A stretch of 63,403 bases of DNA, counting the filler, from Basidiobolus meristosporus CBS 931.73 (taxonomy: Eukaryota > Fungi > Basidiobolomycota): NCBI GenBank assembly GCA_002104905.1. It is 4 parts of 4 records of this genome, joined end to end, with 100 filler letters (N's around TTAATTAATTAA, not from the genome) between each part and the next. Parts side by side here need not be neighbours in the genome. Positions count along the whole stretch, not along the records: positions 1 to 24,631 come from MCFE01000946.1; 3 more parts are not named here. One strand, given 5' to 3'. Position 1 is the first letter of the stretch, and each line of letters begins with the position of its first letter. Both the position numbers and the translations under genes were made by a program. The notes under the pieces are model-generated. The model did no database searches. It saw only the letters and a program-made list of their open reading frames with translations, and was not told the DNA's origin. This document shows positions 1 to 12,892 of the stretch, in pieces.

Positions 1-315
1 CATGAAAAGTGAGAGAAAGAGTTGAGTAAGGAAGTAAGGAGTATGAAAAAGAGGCATTAGTCAATCAATGCACACAACTGTAGAATGTGATAGTGTCCAG
101 GATCAGAGAGTGAGCAAATTGGCAGGGAACCAATCAAAAGCCACTTATATATTGTTAAGATGAAAAATTTTGACTTAGTCTTTTGTGAAATTGGGGGTGC
201 AATTTTTGTCATTGATCTCTGGATAGTGTTTTGATGCAATCAGTAACTCTTAGTCATGGGACTTTAACTTAGTGACTGCCTTTTGACAGGATCATTACAA
301 TAATTATTCATAGGG
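1..315 (+). mobile_element. Terminal fragment of CACTA/EnSpm-like DNA transposon (ORF2-side end)
   Basis: Aligns by eye with 41632-41949 (+) and 52570-52890 (-). Ends in ...ACAATAATTATTCATAGGG, the shared putative TIR. Confidence 0.65.
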
Positions 316-570
316 AAGGCTCCTGGATGAAGGATTATGAAAATCAAGTGCCAAAAAGAAGGAAGAAAAAAATGCTTTAGTAAGCAATGATAATCAACAA
401 AGGAGATACCCTAGGCCTTTTAATGGCAATAGCAACCCATTGCACAAATACTGCAAAAGGAAAGGACACACATCAGACCAGTGCCTAAAAAAGGGTGATA
501 GACAGCTGAAAAAGCCTGAAAATGGAAATGCGCAACAACTGAAGATAGCCTACCAGACAACTTTACTATT
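311..570 (+). pseudogene. Copia gag fragment (zinc-knuckle region)
   Basis: GGAAGGCTCCTGGATGAAG and CKRKGHTSDQC match the gag of the intact Copia copies. Confidence 0.8.
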
Positions 571-1249
571 TTTTTTGTGGCATATATATGAAAGTGAGTC
601 ACACCAAAGGGGAAATAGTGTTTCATATGCATGTGCATGAGGTGCCACAGCTTTATTTATAATGATTACTATGGCAGGTCATCATAGAATCTTACATTCA
701 TGTAGGTGCAATGTTTCTGATACAAGACTGACCTAAGTTCACATGAGTATTGACCAAAAAGTGATATGATGGTATTATGTTGTTGAAGGTCAAACTCTTT
801 GCCCCATATGCAAGACTACTTTGATTCAATGCTGTAAGAGAAGAGAAACAAGACCATATGGATATTATATCAAGCCTCTCAGCCATGAAGCATGCAGACA
901 GCATAGGAAGTACTACAAGGATCAAGGCTGGTGTTTTGCCAAACAAGTCATATTTGACCATTCATCAGTTGCTACTGTACCATCATTGTCTTAATGGCCA
1001 GTTGATACTTTTATATTGGCACCTGGCTATCTTTGTCACCTTGCATAAACTGAGCAGATAAGTCTGTGATGCCTTTAAGCTCACCACAGCCTGCTGAATA
1101 TGACACACAGAGCAATAGCTCTGACAAAGAAGGCTCACTGATGGATTGTGAGCCAATCTCCCCTAACAACAGTACCACATATAAGCCCAGTCAAATCCCA
1201 AGATGCAATGAGATAACACCCATTGAAACAAATGCCATGGATACTCTAT

Positions 1250-4054
1250 GGAGCCAAGTAAGCCCAGTAATTCACTGACTGTTGAATGATGTAATGTTGT
1301 GGCTAGATAAGTGGCATGTTCCCACCAATATCAGTATTGGGGGCTTTGAGGATTTATTACTACTTATTGCCAAAATCATTCCAGGATGCAATGTACCATG
1401 TACATAGTACAAGTGGACAACCATCATGCAGCTGGCAACATTTGATCCAGAGACTGACCTAACTCCAGCATGTGCTAAAAGTTGCATGGCATTCACATCC
1501 AACTATCATGAGGCTTGCACCTTATGACCCAGAGACTGTTCTGACTACAGCATGTGCTGACAGTTGTATGGCATACACATCCAAAATGCTACCATTGCAA
1601 TGTGTCCCAATTGTCAGGAATCCACCACCATTGAGGGAAAATGTTGTTCACACTCCAGATATATCCCCAAAATACCCTGTCTAAAGAAGCCACTGCAATC
1701 CAACTAATTGTGCAAAGGTATACAGTATTGCACTCAAAATCAATCAGTGCAAACATGTTGAATATATTTGATGGCAAACATTAAAAACAGCTAATAAGCA
1801 AGGGCTACTCTGAAGGTATGTATGACCATGCCTTTGCCTTAGCACTTGATGCATGCTCATTTAACAAGTACTCCACCAGCAAATGCTGCAGGTTACTGAT
1901 CCTGGTAAATCTGAATTTGCCACCCATCTTACAGTATCAGAGCAATAATCTGATGGTAGTCTCACTGGTATCTGGGCCTAAATTACCATTCAACCTGAAT
2001 AGCTACCTGTATCCTTTGCTGGACAAATTTTGTATGCTTTCCAGCAGGATAACAGTAAATGGCCATCATGCAGAAGCACATATTAGCATCTTCATGGGAG
2101 ATACCCCAGCCATTCACAAGAGAGCAGGTTTTTCTGGGCAAAATGGACAGTTTTGCTGTTGGATGTGTTAAATCCAGGTGTATTTACTCCATAACTCACA
2201 CAAATTATTACTACACAGACACCAGCACTAAGAACATCATCTTCCCACAGAGAAAATGTACAGAAATTAGCATGCAGTTGCAGCAAAGTTGGCAAGCTAT
2301 AAGCCATTGGCTGGAATACAGAATTAATTGGAAACCAGAAATACTTAAGATAGAGGGTGTATGTTGGAGCAAAAGCTTTCCATTGGGAGCAAGGCATTTG
2401 CTTTTCAACATTATCCCTATTCCAATGACCAAGTAATACATAGGGCATTTCAAGCTAAATGAGCCCTTTCAGATACTGGAGAAATTTGAAAGAGTTGGCA
2501 AGATATTACAGATTATCCACTACCCTAAGTACTTCTCATAGAATCCAATCAATATTCATACAAATATGCAACAATACAAATGCAAAGACTGGATGAACTG
2601 GAAATGTATTTATTCAAGTGGGGTTCCAAAGCCATTCCTACCAAGAGTACATTGGAATCATTGGGAGCCATATGTGGACATTGTAGGAGTACTTATCCAG
2701 AGGCAGATCACCAATGCCAACTTGCCACATCTGTAGCTGTTGTGCAAAGAGCTTGTAATGTGATTTGAGTGGGCATACTACAAACATAAAGCTGAACGCA
2801 TAGATCTCTGCCACTACTGAATCCATTCTCTACTCCATCTTGTACAGTGTGTGGAGAACATTGGGCCTTACTTCACCTTTTGCAAGTTTCCTATGTAGTG
2901 GATGTGTGGGGAAATAGGAAGACAAGTCAAGTTGCAGGTACTACCATATCCCAATCTCATCAAGAATCTTACCTTGAAGTCCATCATGGATGTGATGAGT
3001 TGGCATATGGAGGACAGCCAGGAAGAGTTGGAAAAAGCTGAGGACAGATGTGTACATGGAGACACCTATGCCTATGGCATTAAGAAGCTAAGCAGCCCCA
3101 ATGAGTGGTAATCAGTTATGTAATGCAAAGTTGTGTTGGGTGCAACAGGCAACTAATTTTTATTAGGAAGGCTCTACCAAGGTATACTGGAATTCTCCTG
3201 GTCACAAGCCAACTTTTACACCATTTAATACAGAATACACACAAACAAGAGCTAGAAGGCACCTATAAGGGGGACTAGAATCCAGCAGTGAAAAGGAGCT
3301 TATTGGCTAAATACCAAGAAGTTCTTTGCAGATATTCAGGAGGTACTTATGGCAGAAGTAGCAACAATCAAGCTTATATTTGCAAGATTTATATGTTACC
3401 AGCAGTACAAGGTATATGGCAACTTTGCAAGTATCACACCAAAAAGCTGTAAAGCTGAGGTGATTGAAGTATGTCAATTGCAGCAGGTGTGAGTGTTTGT
3501 AGAGGTTAGTAAACAGGAGGCCATAGTTTTTTTTTATTCAAACCATATGTGGAATACCCAAGGTAGTAATGGGTAGTCAAATAAAGAGGGGTGATGCTAC
3601 AGTGGAATATATGAATTGCACAAGGGGAGGTAGAGAAAGGAAATACCATTTGGTAAATTGGTATGGTAGCATTATACAGCACTAGCTTTAGGGCACCATA
3701 CAGCTGTAATAATGCCAATAGAGTCTTGCTGTGAGGCCATTGAAATACCATCAAGTTTTTTGCCATATAAGGCAATTGGATTTCCTGGCCAGTTTGATCC
3801 ATTTAAAATAGTTGTAGAGCATAATAAGACTGCAACAATGCCATGCAATTATTGTCATAGTACCAATCAAAACTTTTCAAGATTTATAACTTTATTTGGC
3901 AGTAAAATTAGCAAAATGCCATTGTGATCCTGTCACAAGATTGTTTAGAGGTTCACTAATTCCAAGCTGCTGATATTATGACAGTCTCTAAATGGGATCC
4001 CAATAGCTGATCTGGATTGGATTCACCTGTGAGACCAAATTATTTTTCATAGGG
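1250..4054 (+). mobile_element. Degenerate CACTA/EnSpm (Tnp2/Transposase_21-like) transposase and its downstream terminus
   Basis: Motifs across broken frames: ACADSCMAY, CPNC, LVNLNLPP..SGPKLPFNLNSYLYPLLD, GDTPA..GFSG.NG.FCC.MC, H.LLHL..VENIGP..MCGEIGRQVK. Putative TIR ..AATTATTTTTCATAGGG ends at ~4054. The start is approximate. Confidence 0.8.
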
Positions 4055-4129
4055 GTCACTATATGGACTCAAACAACCACTACAAGCCTGGAATTGCAAA
4101 ATAGATTCTTATTTGGAATCCTTGAGTTG

Positions 4130-5443
4130 CAAAAGAAGTAGTACCAACTATAGAGACAAAATCCAGCCTATCTAAGGAGTTCAAGATGTCCAATCTAGGA
4201 GAACTCAGTTGCTACTTAGGGATTAGGTTCTCCATAGACAGAAGTACCCAAGCTATTACCCTAAGCCAATCCAAGTATATTCAAGATATACTGAAGAAGT
4301 ACCAAATGGAAGACTGTAAACTGGTAGCTACCCCAATGGAGACAAACTTATCTTGGTCAAAACTCAACCAAATCTAGAGAGCTTGGCACCATCTGTAAGC
4401 CGTAACTTTCCTTATCAACTAATGAACAACAGTTTGATGTATATCATGCTTGGAACACGTTCAGATGTCTCATGTGCAGTAGCAGTTGTGAGCCAGCATT
4501 CTAGGAATATGGATCTGATTGTATTGCAGCAGTTGAGTGGATTTTTGATACGTAAAAGGAGCTGCTAATATTTGCGTAAGGTACACCTATAAGGCCTCAG
4601 AGCAAAATCTTGTGGGATAAAGTGATGCTAACTGGGGATGACATCTAGAAGAAAGCATACACTAAAGGATACACCATTCTTTACTGTAAAGGAGCAATTT
4701 TATGGCTATATTATTCAAGAAAGCAACGAACATAGAACTTTCTACCACAGAGGCAGAGTATATGGCAGCCTAGGAAGCTACAAAAGAAGCAATTTATTTA
4801 AGGAATCACTTTAAAGTTGTATGCTTATGTCAAAAATACATACTACTTTATTTCAAGATAATTAACAGTGTATACAATTAGGTAGATATCCAACTTTCAT
4901 GCAAGAACTATGCACATACATATTGGACATCATTTCATCCATGAAGCTAAAGACAACAGCTTAGTTAATCTAGCTTACTGACCTTCAGATGAAATGATTG
5001 CAAGCATATTTACCAAACCATTAGCTAGAGACAAGCTTGTATATCTTAGGTCAAAATTAGAACTAGTCCATATGAGCATCTAGTTGAGTGGGAGTGTTTT
5101 AAAAATTTGTAATTCCACCTAAATACTCACTTAGCTTAGTCATTTAGATTATTACCTACAAATCCTGGAGTATACTGACTAAATTATATCTTGGTATTTA
5201 CTTAGAATATTTTCACCAAAATATCAGATACCCAGAACATGAAAATTCTCAAAGTTGTCCAAGTAGCCCCAAGCTTTGCACACAAGCTCTTGGGACCTTC
5301 CTAAAGCCTTTTTATGTGTATGTTATGCCAAGAAAATGTAAAAGTATAAATACTGCTTTTACATTCAATAGATCATTAAGTGAAAACTACTGAATCTACT
5401 TGTTCTCCCAATCACTCTTGATATCTCCAAGACTCTTACAACA
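4130..5443 (+). mobile_element. 5'-truncated, degenerate Copia (RT end, RNase H, PPT, 3' LTR 5095-5443)
   Basis: MSNLGELSCYLG.. homology with many stops. PPT GAGTGGGAG immediately precedes the LTR, which ends TTACAACA. Confidence 0.9.
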
Positions 5444-5449
5444 TATGAT

Positions 5450-8400
5450 ACTGTTTACCATCTGGTTTGACTCACTTCCTTGTGTATGCTGCACAAAAAT
5501 AAAGTAAAGCTGTTTAGTTCCCAACTAATCCCTACCACAAGCAGCAGCAGGAAAACAGCTGGACTACAACTTGCTTTGACATTTGGTGCAACAAGTGGGG
5601 CTGCATCCAAAAAAGGCACTATTGATAGTGTGCCCACCAAAGGTAATAATGTGGATATCTCAAGCTCTTAGTCAAGTAGGCAATTAAGAATCACTGCTGA
5701 GCCACAAGCTGACTACAATGCTCAGGCAGATTGGAATATAGCAAATGCAGTACTTATTGTAGAAGATTAGCAAGTTTTGTTGTAACATCACCACCCCCAG
5801 TGTTGGCAAGTACGCAGTCAGCTCATACCAAAGAGGCATTAGGGTGTAGTGGCTTATAGGATAGATCCAATTGCCCAGAGAAATTGAGAAATAGTCCAGA
5901 GACAGGATTAGTAAGTAATATATGTAGAGCAATTAATGTCCCAAGTAGAGAATGCAGTATCTAGACTGCTAAGAAGGAACTCAAATAGTGCCAAGTCACA
6001 GCAAAGAACTGAGCATAACCCATTGTAATAGCAGAGGAACAATGTACAGTCTCTGAAGCACAACAACAGTGCTCAAAGTTGAAGCCTACAAAAGGACCTA
6101 TCAGAACATGGGAGGGAGAGACTGTGGTGCTGTTACCAGAGCCTAAATATCAAAAGACATTGAGGATCCATGTGTTGTAAGAATCTTGGAGATATTGGAA
6201 GTGATTAGGAGGACAAGTAGATTATGTGGTTTTCACTTAATGATTTATTGAATGTAAAAGTAGTATTTATAGTTTACATGGTCTTGGCATTACAAACACG
6301 TAGAATAGGTTAAGGAAGGCCCCAAGAACATGTGTACAAAGTTTGTGGCTGTCTGGACAACTTTGCAAAATTTTCATGTTCTGGGTACCTGGTTTTTTGG
6401 TGAAAATATTCTAAGTAAATCCCAACAAGGAATTTGGTCAGTATTCTCTAGGATTTGAAGGTAATGATCTAAGTGACTAAGTTAGGGGAGTATTTAGGTG
6501 GAATTACAAATTTTTACAGCACTCCCACTCAGCTAAATGTTCAAACTGACTAGTCCTAATTTTGAACTAAGATATTCAAACTTGTCTCTAGCTAATGGCT
6601 TGGTAAGTATGTCTGCAATCATTTCATCTGTAGGACAGTAAACTAAGCTAACTAAGTTATTCTCTGTAGCTTCACGTATGAAATGATGTCTAATATCTAT
6701 GTGCTTAGTTCTAGCATGAAAAGTAGGATTTCTACCTAATTGTATACATCCTTGATTATCTTGAAATAAAGTAATAGGTGTTTTTTGACATAGGCCTAAA
6801 TCTGTAAAAAGTTTTCTTAACCACATTGCTTCTTTTGTAGCTTCACAGGCTGCCATATTCTCTGCCTCTGTGGTAGAAAGTGCTATGGTTGGCTGCTTTC
6901 TTGAATTCCATGAAATTGCTCCTTTACAGTAAAGAAAGGTGTATCCTGTGGTGGATCTTCTGACTTCCACATTTTGTCCCCAATCTGCATCAGAGTATCC
7001 CACAAGATCTTGTCCTGAATCCTTATAAGTGTATCTTAAGCAGATATCAGCAGTTCCTTTTAGGTATCTAAAAATCTGCTTAACTGCTACAATATGGTCA
7101 GATCCATAGTTCTGATTATGTTGGCTGACAACTCCCACTGAATATGAGATATCTGGACATGTTCCAAGCATGATATTAATCAAACTGTCAATCATAGATT
7201 GACAAGGAAAGTTAGGGCTTTCAGATGGCACCAAGCTCTCTTGATTTGGTTGAGGTTTGACCAAGTTAAGGCTTGTTTCCATTGGGGTAGCTGCCGGTTT
7301 ACAGTCTTCCATTTGGTACTTCTTTAGTATATCTTGAATATACTTAGATTGGCTTAGGGTGATAGTCTGGGTACTTCTGTTTATGGAGAAGTTGATTTCT
7401 AAGTAGTAACTGAGTTCTTCTAGATTGGACATTTTGAACTCTTTAGATATGCTGTATTTAGTCTCTTCCAATGTTGCTAGGTTATTGGCAGCTATAATAA
7501 GATCATCCACATATAGAGCTAATAGAGCTGAGTTTGCTCTATCTGGCTTATAGTATATACTATAGTCAGTATTACTCCTTTTGAAACTTAAAGATGCCAA
7601 ATAAGAATCTATCTTGCAATTCCAGGCTCTCAGTGATTGTTTGAGACCATAGAGTGACTTTTTAAGCTTGCAGACCAAATGGGGGTTATCTTAGTCAACA
7701 AACCCATCAGGCTGGTTCATATACACATCCTCATCAAGTTCTCCATTCAAAAATGCAGTTTTTACATCCCTTTGATGAATATAAAACTTATATTTTGCTG
7801 CAATAGCCAATATTAATCTGAAGGAATTAAACTTGGCTACCGGTGCAAAGGTCGCAGTGTAGTCAGGTCCTTTTGTTTGAGAGTATCCTTTGGCTACAAG
7901 TCTTGCTTTGTATCTTTCAATTGTGCCATCAGCCTTGTATTTTGTCTTGAAGACCCATCTGCATCCAATTGATTTTTGGTTGATTGGTAATTTGACTAAG
8001 TCCCAAGTTTGATTTTTCATCAGGACCTGATATTCCTCAGTCATTGCAGATCTCCAAAACTTTGTCTGAGGGCTATTTAGGGCCTCTTTTACAGTCTGGG
8101 GTTTACCAATATGGACTGAATAGGCATAGGCTAAGTTTGTACACTCATTGATATAGTAATTTGGGCTATTTCTTGTCCAATTGGATCTTGGGGCATTTGA
8201 TACTGGAATGATCACTTCTGGCATATTCCTCGGCACTGATTCTGGCTGAACAATGGTTGTAGAGTCCTCTGGAGTGAAGAAACTTTCATTGTTTTGCTCT
8301 GATTCAATCCTGACAATTGGTGGACTTGAGATCAAATTTTCAACATCATCTGATGTCATTTTTTGTGAAAATTTTGAATTTTCATCAAACTACACATCAC

Positions 8401-11400
8401 TGGACTTGATCAGCTTCTTTGCTTTGGTATTGTAGAGTCTGTATGCCTCACTCTCACTGCCGTAACCCAAAAATATGCATTTTACACTTTTTGGCTCAAA
8501 TTTTGACTGATTTCCGGCCAGTTTCTTGGCATATGCTGTACACCCAAATATTCTTAGATGTTCTGCACTTGGCCTATATCCATACCATGCTTCAAATGTA
8601 GTAGAGTCACAAAGTGTTCTGTTATAACTCCTAATTTTAAGGTATACAGCAGTGGCAACTGATTCCGCCTAAAAATCATAGGATAATTTTTGATCATGGA
8701 TCATGGATCTTGCCATATCAATTATTGATCTGTTAGCTTGTTCTGCTACTCCATTTTGCTGTGGGGAGTATGATCCAGTAGTCTCTTGCTTTATCCCATG
8801 AATTTTGCAGAAGTGGATGAAGAGTTCTGAGGTATATTATCTACCGTTGTCAGAGCATATTTTCTTGATTTTTTCACCAGTTTCTCTCTCAACCATGGCT
8901 TTAAACTCCCTGAGCTTAGACAGAGCTTCTTCCTTTCTCTCCATGAAGTAGACCCATGTGTATCTTGTATAATCATCAATAAAAGAGACTAAATACTTCA
9001 TCCCTCCTAAGGATAGATTTTGCGTGGGTCCACACAGATCTGAGTGAGTTAGATCTAATTGTTTCTTAGCGTTCATTAACCCAGAGCTCTTGAACAGTTG
9101 TCTGGCTTGTTCCCCATATAAGCAGGCTTCACAGTGCTCCAAATTAGCTGGGGGATCAATTTTCACTCCAGAAATTAGCTGATCTTTGATCATTTTACGC
9201 AAATAATCAAAATTGATGTGTCCAAATCTCCTGTGCCAAAGCATTGGTGTTTCTTCATTTAAGTTACTTATATTGGCTTCCAGATATGATGGAATATAAG
9301 TCAACTTGTATAGATTCTGATCTTTGATGCCCAAAGCAATATGGGCACCATTTTGATCAGTGATCCTGCATCCAGAATTGTTAAAACTGAAATTGAGTCC
9401 TTCGGCTGTGGCCTTGCTTACAGAGAGTAGGTTCCTGGCTATTTCTGGTACATAGAGTACTTCTTTAAAGGTCAGTGTATGGCTTCCTTCACTGCTTCTA
9501 AGGTTTACTTGGATAGTTCATTCTCCCACTGCATCAAGTGTTCTATCATCACCCATGAAAACCTTCTAAATTGGAATTTCTTGATATTGGGTAAAAAGTT
9601 CTTTTTGGTGTGTAAAGTGTTGGGATGCTCCAGAATCAATGTACCACATCTGAGAATCCTTGTTTGTGGTCATATTTAGTGCAGATATGAATAGTTTATC
9701 TTCAGTTGTTGCAGCATTTCTGTATTCAGGCTTCTTTTGCTGATTATCTTTCTTTTTGAGACACCGGTCTGATGTGTGTCCTTTCCTTTTGCAGTAGTTG
9801 CAAAATAGGTTGCTGTTGCCTTTGTAGGGTCTTGGGTACCTCCTTTGTTGGTTATCATTGCTTATTAAAGCATTTTCTTCTTCCTTCTTATCAGCGCTTG
9901 ATTTTCTTAATTCTTCACCCAGGAGCCTTCCATATATGTTATTTAAGGTCAAATCTTCAGTTCTGGGCTCTAGGGCTGATACAAGGCCCTGAAGCTTGTC
10001 TGACAGGCTATTCAGGATGGTCACTATCACATCCTCATCAGTAGTTGGTATGCCCACAGATTCCATCTCATCTACCAGCAAGGTAATTCTGTTAATTAGA
10101 TTTTTCATTTCTTCTCCTGGTAGCATCTTTGTAGTAAAGAATTTTCATCTCAGATACATTTTCTTGGCAGCTGAACATGACCGGTAGGTGTCTTCTAATG
10201 CTTTCCAGGCATTCTTTGCCATTTTTACTCTTGAGCATTGAATTAGCAATTTGTCCTTGACATTAAGGCTAATGCAGTTAAAGGCACTTTGTTCTTTCTA
10301 CTGGTACTTTAAGGCTTCCTCTCCCATGTTTTTAGGAGGGCATTCTTCTCCCATGACAATATCCCAAAGGCCTCTTTCTTGTAGCAGCATCTTCATCTTC
10401 ACCTTCCACACTTGGTAGTTAGAGCCATCCAACTTTTCAGCAGAGGGAAAAATTCCAGTAATAGAAGTAGTAGACATTGCAGAGAGTGAGAGCTTGGGGC
10501 TCATAACCTGTTGTAAGAGTCTTGGAGATATTGGAAGTGATTGGGAGGACAAGTAGATTATATGGTTTTCACCTTAAGATTTATTGAATGTAAGAGTAGT
10601 ATTTATACTTTTACCTGGTCTTGGCATTACAAACATGTAGAATAGGTTAAGGAAGGTCCCCAGAACATGTGTGCAAAGTTTGGGGCTGCTTGGACAACTT
10701 TGAGAATTTTCATATTCTGGGTACCTGGTATTTTGGTGAAAATATTCTAAGTAAATCCCAACAAGGAATTTGGTCAGTATTCTCTAGGATTTGAGGGTAA
10801 TTATCTAAGTGACTAAGTTAGGTGAATATTTAGGTGGAATTACAAATTTTTACAACACCATGAAGCTGTTGAATGTATAAATGAAGAGTGGGCTAATATT
10901 CAAGAGGCTCTAAGAAGTCTAGCATGGCTTTACCTCAAGGCTGGCACACCATGGGACCATCAGGAGCTCAAGGCTAATCAGAATGTACCTCACCTGTTCC
11001 ATGAGCACCATCCTTGATTCAATCAAGCAAATGGATCTTGGACCAGCAGTGGTATGCTAAGAAAATATCTCCACAATAGCTGAAACTATCAAAGGCAGAA
11101 GAAGAAGGGTACCATGACTAAAAACCATTGGCTTCCTCTATAGCTGGTCACAAGCATGGCTGAAAGCTGCAAACAAGTAGCAAAGAAGTGTCAGGTAGCC
11201 GCAAGAGTGCTAGTAAGGGAAAAAAGGCAGAAATGGATTAATAAATCCAGCATGTATCAGAGAAAAATGGAGTCCAACACAAGAAGCACTCAGTCAAAGT
11301 AGCAGTGAAGGACCTGACAGCAATAAAAACCACTGGCTTTCTCAGGAGCCTGTCTCAAGCAGGGTTGAAAGCTCAAGATGATCAGCAAATAACATCAGAT

Positions 11401-12248
11401 TGCGGGGAGAGTGCAGGCAAGAGACAAGCAGGCAGAAACACATGCATCAGTGCAGCATTTATTGAGAAGATGTTGTACCATACAAGTGGTACTCAGTCAC
11501 AGTAGCAGGGAAGGACCTGTATGTGATAAAAATATGCGGCTTTCTCAGGAGTCTCTCACAATCATGGCTGGAAGCTCCATACAAGTGGCAAAGAAATATC
11601 AGGTTGCCAGGAGAGTGCTGGCATAAAGCAAGTAGGCAAAAATGGATGCACCAATGCAATATTCATCAAGGAGAAAGTGTAGTACACTACAAGAAGCAGT
11701 TGGTTAAAGTAGCAGTAAAAGACTTGGCAGCAATAAAGGTAACGGAAAAGAGAGAAAAGTCTACTAAAGCCAGAGACAGGAAAGCATGAGAAAAAGGTTG
11801 CAGCTCCCACCAATGAACTCTGTCAGCCAAAAGCAGGCTGAATCCTATAATAGCCAAAAAAAATCATCAATAAGACACAGCTGCTCTCTCAGGAGTTAGA
11901 AGCACAGTCTATTGAGCTACACTCCAATGAGGTAGATGAGCTTGCAGAGAAAGGCAATTTGACTACCACTCCCTCCACATCCTCCATTGTAGACTGAGTG
12001 GAGATCCTACTGATAGACAAAGCAACTATGTCAAGAACTCAAAAGACTATCACAATGCCTTTGGTGGAATTTTGCAACATTAATAGGCACACCAAGAGGT
12101 TGCAGCACTTTTTCAAGAGCAGTGCTCAAGAAAACTGACTTGAATGTTGCAAGGATTTATTGTAAAGACTGGCAGATGAAGTACTTGACCTTACAGTGCC
12201 TGCTGAAGACCAGAATATATGGGAACTGGTGAATGAACAATGGCATAG
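5450..12248 (+). pseudogene. CACTA-like element ORF2 remnant, split by the Copia at 6173-10857
   Basis: Flanks rejoined across the CCATG TSD (6050-6172 + 10863-12248) are collinear with 40120-41430. Confidence 0.7.
6173..10857 (-). mobile_element. Full-length Ty1/Copia LTR retrotransposon (defective ORF)
   Basis: LTRs 6173-6521 and 10509-10857. TSD CCATG at 6168-6172 and 10858-10862. PBS GGTTATGAGCCC (10497-10508, minus), PPT 6522-6530. Order gag-PR(WYIDSGAS)-IN-RT(YVDD)-RH, with stops and frameshifts. Confidence 0.97.
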
Positions 12249-12648
12249 ATCTGGCTCTGTATTTAATTATTAGCCCTAAAGTAAGATCTATACAAAGCAC
12301 TTATAGTGCCAGATAGTACCAGTGCACCAAGATGGAGCCATGCATTTTTGTGACATGTTACAAGCCACAGGAGCTAGATTCAGAGTGCCATGGGTATTAA
12401 GTACCTGATGCATGTCCTCAGTTCTTCTGTGCTCTTGCATATCCTGCACAACATTGATCCTCAAAAAAACATCAAAAAATGGATTTTCTCCTGAATCATA
12501 GGTGATACACAGGGGCTGCTTTGCATGAAGATGCAGAGCTATGTTTTACACTCTGTGGCCAAGTACAGGTTCACAAGGCCTCTCTAGCACACTATGGCCT
12601 CATTTGGCACTCATGGCTCAATGTGGCACTATCCAATGGAACAAGTCT
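12249..12648 (+). mobile_element. Truncated foldback element (loop plus right arm only)
   Basis: Matches ~47036-47435, including the 40-bp loop and the tip GGAACAAGTCT. Confidence 0.85.
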
Positions 12649-12892
12649 AAGAAATAGTCCATATTACTCTATCAATGAGGGTACAGACTTAGCCTATGCC
12701 TATTCAGTCCATATTGGTAAACCCCAGACTGTAAAAGAGGCCCTAAATAGCCCTCAGACAAAGTTTTGGAGATCTGCAATGACTGAGGAATATCAGGTCC
12801 TGATGAAAAATCATACTTGGGACTTAGTCAAGTTACCAATCAACCAAAAATCAATTGGATGCAGATGGGTCTTCAAGACAAAATACAAGGCT
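12649..12892 (+). pseudogene. Copia fragment (IN-RT linker and RT start)
   Basis: RNSPYYSINEG..IGCRWVFKTKYKA, then switches abruptly into a minus-strand LTR. Confidence 0.9.
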
